Part shown: positions 41,043-48,891 of the stretch, piece by piece
How positions within the stretch are numbered: position 1 is the first letter of the stretch
How the letters are laid out: every line of letters starts with the position of its first letter
NCBI GenBank assembly: GCA_965238005.1
Contig: OZ250165.1
Span: 2,304,001 to 2,368,000 of the forward strand
Direction: 5' to 3'
Source of the DNA: Longimicrobiales bacterium
GTDB lineage: Bacteria > Gemmatimonadota > Gemmatimonadetes > Longimicrobiales > Gaopeijiaceae
Length of the DNA: 64,000 bases
Translations under genes and position numbers: made by a program
Notes under the pieces: model-generated
What the model saw: only the letters and a program-made list of their open reading frames with translations
What the model was told of the DNA's origin: nothing
Database searches by the model: none

Positions 41043-41218
41043 TGCGCGGCCCCACCACCTGGAGGCTTCTTATCCCGATCGAGCTCCAGGATCGGACGAC
41101 CCTCGTCACGTCGCCTGATTCGCTCGCAGACCTCGAGTGTTCGCCGCCAACCACGAGCCAGGCGTCGCGCCTCGACTCCATTATCGGCCTCTGCGGTTTC
41201 TCGCGGACCAATGTTCAC
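41039..41218 (-). CDS. 59-aa hypothetical protein (not in the ORF track)
   Basis: GTG start overlaps the upstream TGA and its TGA overlaps the next ATG; MNIGPRETAEADNGVEARRLARGW... Confidence 0.5.
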   Translation of the reverse strand: MNIGPRETAEADNGVEARRLARGWRRTLEVCERIRRRDEGRPILELDRDKKPPGGGAAQ

Positions 41219-41409
41219 GCCCGCTCTCCGGCTTGAGCCGTGAGCACGGACGCCTCAACTAGTCTCTGCTGGGCCGCTGCCACCGTGGCGTTGCGAATGA
41301 ACGCTGAAACGGAGCCACCTGACAGCAAGGAGGCGGCCCTCACCCTACGGGCCTGTTCCGGCGTGTACCTAGATGGCAAGACCTCGGAGTGCTGGTAGTT
41401 CGCAGACAT
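41215..41409 (-). CDS. Small ribbon-helix-helix (DUF1778-like) protein in the Cro position
   Basis: RYTPEQARRVRAASLLSGGSVSAFIRNATVAAA; divergent from the repressor. Confidence 0.6.
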   Translation of the reverse strand: MSANYQHSEVLPSRYTPEQARRVRAASLLSGGSVSAFIRNATVAAAQQRLVEASVLTAQAGERA

Positions 41410-41471
41410 TGCTCTCACTGTGTTCGGTTTACGTCCTGAGTGTTCGACGCCCGGTATACACGATAACCGCC

Positions 41472-41500
41472 TTGACCGATTGCCGGAAGCCCTGTATTAT
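41472..41500 (+). promoter_or_regulatory. Sigma70-like promoter of the repressor
   Basis: TTGACC-N17-TATTAT. Confidence 0.5.
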
Positions 41501-41547
41501 ATTCAGACACCACAGCGGATTGGCCCACAAATGAGATTTGAGGAGCT

Positions 41548-42267
41548 ATGACCTTCGGCGAGCGATTACGACGCGAATTGGAAAAACGGAAGATGAGCGT
41601 CAAACGGTTCCAGGAGACGCTGCACGAGAAGAAGGTCCGCGGGTCGGCCTATTCGAGCGTGTGGAGTTGGCTCAATGACGACAAGAATCCGCCTCTTGAG
41701 TTCATCCGCGCAGCCGCCAAACTCCTTGGGGTACGGGAGCAATGGCTCGAAACTGGTGATGGCCCCCGCACAGAACTCGAGGCGAAGACTATTGAGGCCG
41801 CAGCCCCAGAGGAAGACACATTTAGAGCAGCTTTTCAGGCCCTGGGTCGAGCCGAGAAGCGAATGCGAGCCCCATTCCGTATCAGCGATCTGAACATGCT
41901 TAACCACGGGATCTGGGTCCAGCTTGCGATTCGCCTTCTCGAGCAAGGGCCAGATCGTCAATTCGAGGACCACAACGAAGACCAAATGCTCCACGCCCTC
42001 GAGCCGTTTGCGTGGTTACTCGCGCTCCCGTGGATAGCGGTGCGACACATGAATCGAGTGGACCCGACCGCCGATCCCATGCCGCAGGACATTGTCAACA
42101 CCTACTTCATGGGGATGTACCAGGCGCTCAATGTGGCGATGCCGCAGCCTGGGGAGGGCGACACCGAAGCTTCGATCAGGTTTCTTCATTTCTTCAAAGA
42201 CGCCCTCACTGAAAGTCTCTGGGCAGAACAGAAGAGGGCGGACGAAGGTGGGGGCGACGACGCATGA
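41548..42267 (+). CDS. XRE-family HTH repressor
   Basis: MTFGERLRREL...YSSVWSW...P.LEFI..AAKLLGV...WLETGDG; GAGGAG RBS. Confidence 0.8.
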   Translation: MTFGERLRRELEKRKMSVKRFQETLHEKKVRGSAYSSVWSWLNDDKNPPLEFIRAAAKLLGVREQWLETGDGPRTELEAKTIEAAAPEEDTFRAAFQALGRAEKRMRAPFRISDLNMLNHGIWVQLAIRLLEQGPDRQFEDHNEDQMLHALEPFAWLLALPWIAVRHMNRVDPTADPMPQDIVNTYFMGMYQALNVAMPQPGEGDTEASIRFLHFFKDALTESLWAEQKRADEGGGDDA

Positions 42268-42360
42268 TCCAACCGAGCGGTCGCCGCACCTTCGTCCTGT
42301 CCCGCAGCGTCGAGTACTTCGGAACGAAAGCCCATGGAACCCCCGAAGGAGGAGAGGTAG

Positions 42361-43224
42361 ATGTTCTCGTTTAGCCCATCCTTAGCGTGCGTGGATGTGG
42401 TGGTGGTGCCGACCCGTTTGCGACCGCTGGATCAGGACAAGGTACGAGCCCTCGCGGAATCCATCGACGCCATTGGCCTACAACATCCCATCTCGGTCTA
42501 CTACGACGACGACAACGTTGTCCTAGTCGCTGGGCGTCATCGCTTGGCTGCTGCCCAAAGCCTCGAGTGGGACGATATCCCGGCCATCTTCCTCCAACTC
42601 GACGACATCGACCGTCGGTTGTGGGAGATCGACGAGAACCTGCAGCGCGCCAACCTCACGCCCGCCCAGGAAGCCGACCACCTGAAGCGGCGGGCTGAGT
42701 TGTGGGGGGCACGAGAGGTTTCGGCCCAAATTGGTTCGAAACCCCACGGGGGTAGGCCCGCTGGCTTCGCATCAGAGACAGCCGCCTCCACGGGCAAAAG
42801 CAAGACGACCATTAACCGCGCCAAACGCCGAGCCGAGAAGATCGCACCAGACGTACTCGGAGCCGTCCAGGGCACAGAACTCGACAAGGGTGTGGAGTTG
42901 GACGCGCTGGCCAAGATGGAACCCGAGGAACAGCGTAAGGCGGTGGCCGCAGTAGAGGCAGGCGATACGGACACGGTACGCGAGAAGCCTACCAAGGCGG
43001 AGCGGGAGCGCATACAGACCTTCGAGCAGAGCATCGGGGGGATTTGCGGCTTTGGGAGGGGTGTCATAAGGCTGTACATACCCTATCTCACAGACGAAGA
43101 ACGCCAACGCCTGGATTCTGAATTGCACGCTGCGGTACGTGGCATCCACGCCCTACGGAAACGCATAAGGAAGGGTGAGGGGGGCTCGCTCGACAGACGA
43201 GCGGGGGGACGCTCTGGATGGTGA
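42361..43224 (+). CDS. ParB/Spo0J-domain protein (C-terminus may be frameshifted)
   Basis: LAESIDAIGLQHPISV, LVAGRHRLAA, EIDENLQRANLTPAQE, HTH. Confidence 0.85.
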   Translation: MFSFSPSLACVDVVVVPTRLRPLDQDKVRALAESIDAIGLQHPISVYYDDDNVVLVAGRHRLAAAQSLEWDDIPAIFLQLDDIDRRLWEIDENLQRANLTPAQEADHLKRRAELWGAREVSAQIGSKPHGGRPAGFASETAASTGKSKTTINRAKRRAEKIAPDVLGAVQGTELDKGVELDALAKMEPEEQRKAVAAVEAGDTDTVREKPTKAERERIQTFEQSIGGICGFGRGVIRLYIPYLTDEERQRLDSELHAAVRGIHALRKRIRKGEGGSLDRRAGGRSGW

Positions 43225-43430
43225 CACGGCCCTTCAGATCGCCCGGCAGTTTTGGGAGGTGCGTGGGATTCTGAACGGACTTTTCGGATCAAGGCCGGAG
43301 ATCGAGCCGAGCGAAGACGAACTCATGCTGGAGGCTGGATCACCTCGAAGAGAACCCGTCCGACACTTGGGAAGAGGCGGTTGCGGCAGTCATGGAAGAT
43401 ACCGAGACAGAAGAATAGAGGAGAGCAATC

Positions 43431-44633
43431 ATGGCACGCAGAAAGAACTATCCGGGCTCGATCCGCGATCGCGGCGATTACTTCCAGGTCCGGCTTTGCG
43501 TCACAAGAGCCGAGGGGGAATCTAAGCGTTACACGTTCCGGGTGGACACCATTGATATGGCGGAGGCGGAGGCGTTCGCGAGAACGAGTACGACGAGCTC
43601 CTCAAGGGTCCCGCCGAGGCCAAGGTCGATGGTGAGCGCCCTGACGACCCTCGGGGGGAGCCGTTCTCATCGCTCCTGCGGCAATTCGAGGCGACTGAGC
43701 TACCCCAGCGGGCCGTCAACACGCAGAAGACGTACACGGTGTCTATGGATGCGCTGAGGCGCTTCTTCGTAGTCGAGAACGGGGACCCTGAAGTGCAGTC
43801 CATCGGCCGGGGGCAGATCCAAGCGTTCCTACATTGGCGGCGTCACCACAAGCCGGACGGCATCGAGAGGAAGACACCTGTCTCGGGTCGCACGCTCGAG
43901 AAGGATCGGGCGATGGCGCACAACCTCTTCGCGTTCGCCGAAAGCCTCGAACTCGTGGGCGTGAACCCGGTCGCCAAGGTGAAGCCTCCGAAGTACGACA
44001 AGCGCGAGTACATCATCCTCAAGGACGATGAGTACGAGAGCCTACTCACCGCCACCGAGGCCAACCCGTTCCTCCGGCTGTACGTCCTCGTGCTGGGTGA
44101 GACCGGGATGCGGTGTGAGTCCGAGGCGCTGTGGCTCCGCTGGGTCGATCTCGACCTCGAGGCTGGATTCGCCTGGATCGCATCGGGCCGCGAGCACCGG
44201 ACGAAGAGCGGGAAAGGTCGGTGGGTGCCGATCACCCCGCGCCTCCGGCAGGCACTCGGTGAGCACTCCGCCAGCTACCGTCTCCAGACCTACGCCGGCC
44301 AGCGGTCGCCGTGGGTCTTCCATCACCCCTACCGTCGTCGTCGGGCAGAGGCTGGGCAACGCATCGGATCACTGCGCCGAGCCTTCGACAACGCCGTGAC
44401 ACGGGCCAAGCTGCCCGCGGGCTTCAACCCAGCATGACCTCCGCCACCGGCGCCTCACCACATGGCTGGCAGAGGGCAAGAGCGCGGTCCTGGTGAGGGA
44501 GGCGATGGGCCACGCCGATCTCAGGACCACGATGGGCTATACGCATCTGGCTCGGGAGCACCTCCGTGCACTCGTGGAGGTGGCGGACGGGTGCTCCGCT
44601 CCCGCCGAGCGGTTGCAGGGTTTGGTCTCGTAA
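43431..44633 (+). pseudogene. Tyrosine recombinase/integrase with two frameshifts (about 43580 and 44430)
   Basis: MARRKNYPGSI... / ...ETGMRCESE... / HDLRH...MGHADLRTTMGY spread over three ORF segments. Confidence 0.88.
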
Positions 44634-44652
44634 ACCCGAGCCCAACCAGACG

Positions 44653-44690
44653 AAAAGAAGGGCTCCGGCAACGCGCTGGAGCCCTTCTTT
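44653..44690 (+). terminator. Bidirectional-type hairpin after the integrase
   Basis: AAAGAAGGGCTCC...GGAGCCCTTCTTT. Confidence 0.65.
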
Positions 44691-44704
44691 GGGTAATTAT
44701 GCAC

Positions 44705-44733
44705 TTGACACAATCCTGTGTGGGTGTTACTAT
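44705..44733 (+). promoter_or_regulatory. Sigma70-like promoter overlapping the IS1595 left end
   Basis: TTGACA-N17-TACTAT. Confidence 0.6.
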
Positions 44734-44888
44734 TCATGTATGGACTTCGTAACGCCTTTCCTGCCAGCGGTTTCAGCCACTCGGTCGAGCTCTTTTTTCA
44801 GCCGTTTGCCAAACACCTTCTCAGCTAGCTTCACGTCATCCATATCTACCTTCGTAAGCTTCTGCTTTTTCTTAGGAGTCTGATTCAT
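44730..44888 (-). CDS. Small basic 52-aa ORF inside IS1595
   Basis: MNQTPKKKQKLTK...AEKVFGKRLKKELDRV; start shares CATG with the transposase start. Confidence 0.4.
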   Translation of the reverse strand: MNQTPKKKQKLTKVDMDDVKLAEKVFGKRLKKELDRVAETAGRKGVTKSIHE

Positions 44889-45771
44889 GGACATCGTCTC
44901 CCTACTGGATCGTTTCGCTAACGAGGACACCTGCCGGAAGCACCTGGAGGCTCTGCGTTGGCCCAGTGGTGTCGCGTGCACCCGGTGCGGCGATATGGAC
45001 GTGAGCCCGATCAAAGGCAGGGGCCAGTGGCACTGCATCGGATGCGGCTACCACTTCAGCGTGAAGTCCGGCACGATCATGCACGACTCGCACCTGCCGC
45101 TCCGGAAGTGGTTCGCCGCAATCTACCTGCTCTGCCAGTCCAAGAAAGGCATGAGCGCCCACCAGTTGCACCGGACAATCGGCGTGGCCTACAGGACGGC
45201 CTGGTACCTCTGCCACCGCATCCGCGAGGCGATGGGCAACGACCCGTTCACCGGCCCTACGCTCTTCGGCATCGTCGAAGTTGACGAGACCTTGGTGGGC
45301 GGAAAGACCAGGGGCAAGGGTCCCGCCTACAAGGGCAACAAGACCTGGGTGGCCGGGGCCATCCAACGCGGCGGTCAGGTACGCCTTGAGCGCATCCCCA
45401 ACATCCGGAAGCACACCCTTCATGACTTCATCGCCCGCACCGTCAGAGACGAGGCCGAGGCAATCTACACCGATGAACTCAAGTCCTACCTCGGGATCGC
45501 TGACGACGACACCCGCCATGAGACCGTCAGGCACTCCGAAGAGGAATGGGTCCTGGGCGACGTCCACACCAACGGCATTGAAGGCGTCTGGAGCCTCTTC
45601 AAGCGCTCTATCGTAGGATCGTTCCACAAGATCAGCGCCAAGCACATGGACCGCTATTTGGAAGAACTGGAATGGCGCTATAACAACCGCGACAACCCCA
45701 ACATCTTCCGCGACACCCTCCGGCGCATCGTGAACACCGACCCGCTCACCTACCGCGAGCTGGTGGCCTAG
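44887..45771 (+). CDS. IS1595-family transposase
   Basis: CTRCG..CIGC zinc ribbon, VEVDETLVGG, YTDE, HTNGIEGVWS, YLEELEWRYN. Confidence 0.93.
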   Translation: MDIVSLLDRFANEDTCRKHLEALRWPSGVACTRCGDMDVSPIKGRGQWHCIGCGYHFSVKSGTIMHDSHLPLRKWFAAIYLLCQSKKGMSAHQLHRTIGVAYRTAWYLCHRIREAMGNDPFTGPTLFGIVEVDETLVGGKTRGKGPAYKGNKTWVAGAIQRGGQVRLERIPNIRKHTLHDFIARTVRDEAEAIYTDELKSYLGIADDDTRHETVRHSEEEWVLGDVHTNGIEGVWSLFKRSIVGSFHKISAKHMDRYLEELEWRYNNRDNPNIFRDTLRRIVNTDPLTYRELVA

Positions 45772-45849
45772 GTGGCCGCCCCCAATTGGAAGCCTAAGAC
45801 GATTTGGCGACCGGGGCATGGAGTACCTGAAAGCCAAGCTCCAACTCAC

Positions 45850-46455
45850 TTAGTTCACGGAACCCGCAAGAGTTTCCCACAGCTTTTTCATCCAGTTCTT
45901 GATCCGCACAGGCCGCCGGGCTCTCGTGAGGGTGACTGTAGGCTCTAGAATAGAAACCGACCATTCGGCCGAACCGGCGTCGGCGGACAAGGGAGGCAGG
46001 GTTATAGCCCTGGCAGCCGCGAGCCTCTTTGTCTCTGCCATCGATTGAATCACCGGAAACCAGTTGCGCAACACATCTACGTCCATTTGGGGGCACGGGA
46101 CATCAAGTGATCCTAGCTTGTGCATTATCACCAGAATTTCCGCCCTAGTCTTACCGGTGAAATCTAGGCTCCCACCGTCCCAGGATGCAGTATCGCCCTC
46201 CATGAATGAAGCGTGAGCAGCTTTGATTTCAGTGGTCAAATCGTGAAATCGATTTGCTGACCTAAGGCGGCGTATCCATGGCCAGTTGATGATAGCTAGC
46301 AAGCCGGTGAACAACGTGAACAGCGCCGCGTAATCTGACCCCACCAAATTCACCGGCACGGTAAGCCCCACTGGCCAGAGCCATCTAGAGAGCGCCCACA
46401 CGTCGCCGCAGAGAAAAGCCAGGTTCCAGTAGATCTTTGTTCTTTTCCATAGCAT
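45850..46455 (-). CDS. Passenger gene: hypothetical protein with N-terminal TM segments
   Basis: 201-aa ORF wholly within the IS ends; visibly more AT-rich than host genes. Confidence 0.65.
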   Translation of the reverse strand: MLWKRTKIYWNLAFLCGDVWALSRWLWPVGLTVPVNLVGSDYAALFTLFTGLLAIINWPWIRRLRSANRFHDLTTEIKAAHASFMEGDTASWDGGSLDFTGKTRAEILVIMHKLGSLDVPCPQMDVDVLRNWFPVIQSMAETKRLAAARAITLPPLSADAGSAEWSVSILEPTVTLTRARRPVRIKNWMKKLWETLAGSVN

Positions 46456-46559
46456 CCCCCCATGCTACGGCCCGCCGGCGATTGCGTCAAGTGCAGAATC
46501 ACCCTTCTTTGTGGCCACGGCCACATTTCGGCCGATGTGTAAAACCGCCGAAACCCTAG

Positions 46560-46631
46560 AGGCGCCGCCCGGATTCGAACCGGGGAATAAAGGCTTTGCA
46601 GGCCTCTGCCTTACCGCTTGGCTACGGCGCC
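46560..46631 (-). tRNA. tRNA-Cys (GCA), probable integration site
   Basis: GGCGCCG acceptor, CTGCAAA anticodon loop, GGTTCGAATCC. Confidence 0.95.
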
Positions 46632-46682
46632 TGAAGCGAAAAGGGACCGAACGTCCGGTGGACGGCGAGCCCCTTTTCCGAG

Positions 46683-46755
<73 letters not shown>

Positions 46756-47016
46756 ATGGAAAAAGGCGCTTTGGGCTACCCGCGCACGCGGAAATCGTTT
46801 CCAAAGCACCCCCCTTATTTGCGCGCTGGAAGCTAGACAGGGCCTCAAAAAGTGTCAAGTTCCCAGTAGACAATTTCCCCATTATGTTACCAGCCGTGTC
46901 CGGGCCCCCGGGGCCGTTCAGCGACAGAAGTTCCACTACATCGAGGAGCGCTTGCGCCGCATGAGGGTGACTGTCGTACGCGGCCCACCAGAAAGCTCGG
47001 ACGGGGTCGGAAGAGG

Positions 47017-48615
47017 ATGATCTTCGGTGCTCTCTGCCTCCCGATATTCTTGGCGCTCCACATGGTCCTTTCTCCGGCCCTCGGCTCCGCTCTTGTCGCA
47101 GCGCAGGAAGTCTCCGGACCCCTCATCCCACCCGGTCGCCTCCGCATCGAGGTCAGTACGCTCTACCTCTACGCCGACACGAGGTTCGGGGAGCGGACGG
47201 AGGGCGGGAACCTCATCCAAGAAGAGGAGCCGATCGGCTTCGACTTCTCGGACACGGCGGTGGGCACGAGGCTACTTCCCGGACTGGAAGCCCTCGAGCG
47301 AAACCTCGAGACGGCAACAGGCGGGCCTGTCGCGCCGCTGGTGCTCGGATCGACCAGGGCAGTGGTGACGCGGGACGCCGTGTGGCTTCCAATCCGTGTG
47401 GATGTCGGGGTGTTCGACTGGCTCAGCGTCGGCGGCATGGTCCCCTTCTCCCGCCGGCGGGCGGAGGTGGCCTGGACATTCCGCGGAGACGGAGCCAACG
47501 TGGGGCTCACACCCTCCCTCAGCGATCCGAGCGCCGTGGGAGACTTCCTGGGTGGCCTCGCTGTCGCCGAGGCGGCCGTCACGGCTCTCGCCGATGACCT
47601 GTGCTCGGCGGACCCGGCTGCATCGGGCTGCATCGTTGCCTCTTCGCTTCTCGCGGAGGGCCAGAAGTTTCGGCGGGCGCTCCTCGGCGCTTTTGCGTCC
47701 CAGGGCGTCTTCCCCCTGGACGGTACCGCCACGGGCGATGCCCTTCAGTCCCGAGTCCAGGCCCTCACGGACGCTCATCAGGCGCTGGGCGTCTCCTTTC
47801 CGGCCCGCGTCCCCCTGGCGACGCAACTCCTCACCGAGGATGAGTACGGAAGGCTTGTGACGGACCCGGGATACGGGGTGGTTGGCGCGCCGTTCGCCTC
47901 GTGGCGCAGTATGTGGGAGATGGGCGACGTGGAGCTTTACGCCAACGTGCGGCTCTGGGGCTCTCCGCCGGGCGGCGAGACAGACGAGCCGCCTTCGGGC
48001 CCCAGCTACCAGGTCGGCGCGGGAGCCCTCGTTCGCCTTGGCACGGGGCAGACCGACTCCCCCGACAACTTCGTGGACACGGGGAGCGGCGACGGCCAGC
48101 AGGACCTGGAGGTGAGCTTGTTCGGTGGTTTGAACGGGGGCCGGCTGGGACTCTGGGGAGAGGTCCGGTACGGACTGGCCGCCTCGACCTTCGTGCAGCG
48201 CCGCATCGCCGCCCCGGACCGGATCTTCGCGCCCCTCTCGGCGACCCAGGCCGTCCGCTGGACCCCCGGCAACTACTTTCACCTCCGCCTGACCCCGCGC
48301 TTCCAACTCACCGAGGAGATGGCCGTCGCCTTCGACGTCCGAACCTTCTCCAAGGGAGCAGACACTTACGAATCCCTCGTCGCCGACGAAGCTGTGCCCT
48401 CGCCCCTGGATGTCGCGCTCCTCGAGCTCGAGACCGAACAGAGCATGCTCGAGGTCGGAATCGGCGTCGTCTACTCCACGTTACGGAGTGGTCGAGGTCG
48501 CCCCATGGAGGCCCGATTCCTGTTTCGCAGGGGCGTGTCGGGTAGCGGAGGGCTCACGCCCAAGACGGAGCGCATCGAGTTCGGACTGCGGCTCTTCAGG
48601 GGCATTTGGAACTAG
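47017..48615 (+). CDS. Hypothetical exported/outer-membrane protein
   Basis: Signal-like N-terminus, beta-strand-like C-terminal half; start uncertain. Confidence 0.7.
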   Translation: MIFGALCLPIFLALHMVLSPALGSALVAAQEVSGPLIPPGRLRIEVSTLYLYADTRFGERTEGGNLIQEEEPIGFDFSDTAVGTRLLPGLEALERNLETATGGPVAPLVLGSTRAVVTRDAVWLPIRVDVGVFDWLSVGGMVPFSRRRAEVAWTFRGDGANVGLTPSLSDPSAVGDFLGGLAVAEAAVTALADDLCSADPAASGCIVASSLLAEGQKFRRALLGAFASQGVFPLDGTATGDALQSRVQALTDAHQALGVSFPARVPLATQLLTEDEYGRLVTDPGYGVVGAPFASWRSMWEMGDVELYANVRLWGSPPGGETDEPPSGPSYQVGAGALVRLGTGQTDSPDNFVDTGSGDGQQDLEVSLFGGLNGGRLGLWGEVRYGLAASTFVQRRIAAPDRIFAPLSATQAVRWTPGNYFHLRLTPRFQLTEEMAVAFDVRTFSKGADTYESLVADEAVPSPLDVALLELETEQSMLEVGIGVVYSTLRSGRGRPMEARFLFRRGVSGSGGLTPKTERIEFGLRLFRGIWN

Positions 48616-48891
48616 TGTGGTGTCCCAGAAGTTCGCGAGCCACCGAGAGTGCCAAGGCGCCGGATCCGGGGTACTCGCGCCGTTAGGCGTGGGTCAGGCG
48701 CGACGACGAGGAATAGCAACGCGGGCAACGCGGCCGAAGGCCGTGGTCCGAGAAGGAGGAACGCCGCAGGGCCGGATGCATCGGTGCTCGAGCCGAGCGA
48801 CCTTCATGCTCATCGTGAGCGCCGAGTTGACCGCGAGACGATCGAGCGCAGCGAGATCAATGGCCGAGACACTTCTGGGACACCATACTAG
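48612..48891. mobile_element. MITE-like element, type-B ends
   Basis: CTAGTGTGGTGTCCCAGAAGT ... ACTTCTGGGACACCATACTAG; reverse complement of 9352..9631 with scattered substitutions. Confidence 0.88.

Larger units (their letters stand above)
44692..46503 (+). mobile_element. IS1595-family element carrying a passenger gene
   Basis: TIRs GGTAATTATGCACTTGAC / GTCAAGTGCAGAATCACC; 8-bp CTTCTTTG duplication at 44684-91 and 46504-11. Confidence 0.9.

Noticed and set aside
46557..46560. tRNA-Cys ends TCTA rather than TCCA, a possible integration scar
   Set aside because: None of the three tRNAs here encodes CCA, so this is not diagnostic; I found no duplicate att core in the window.
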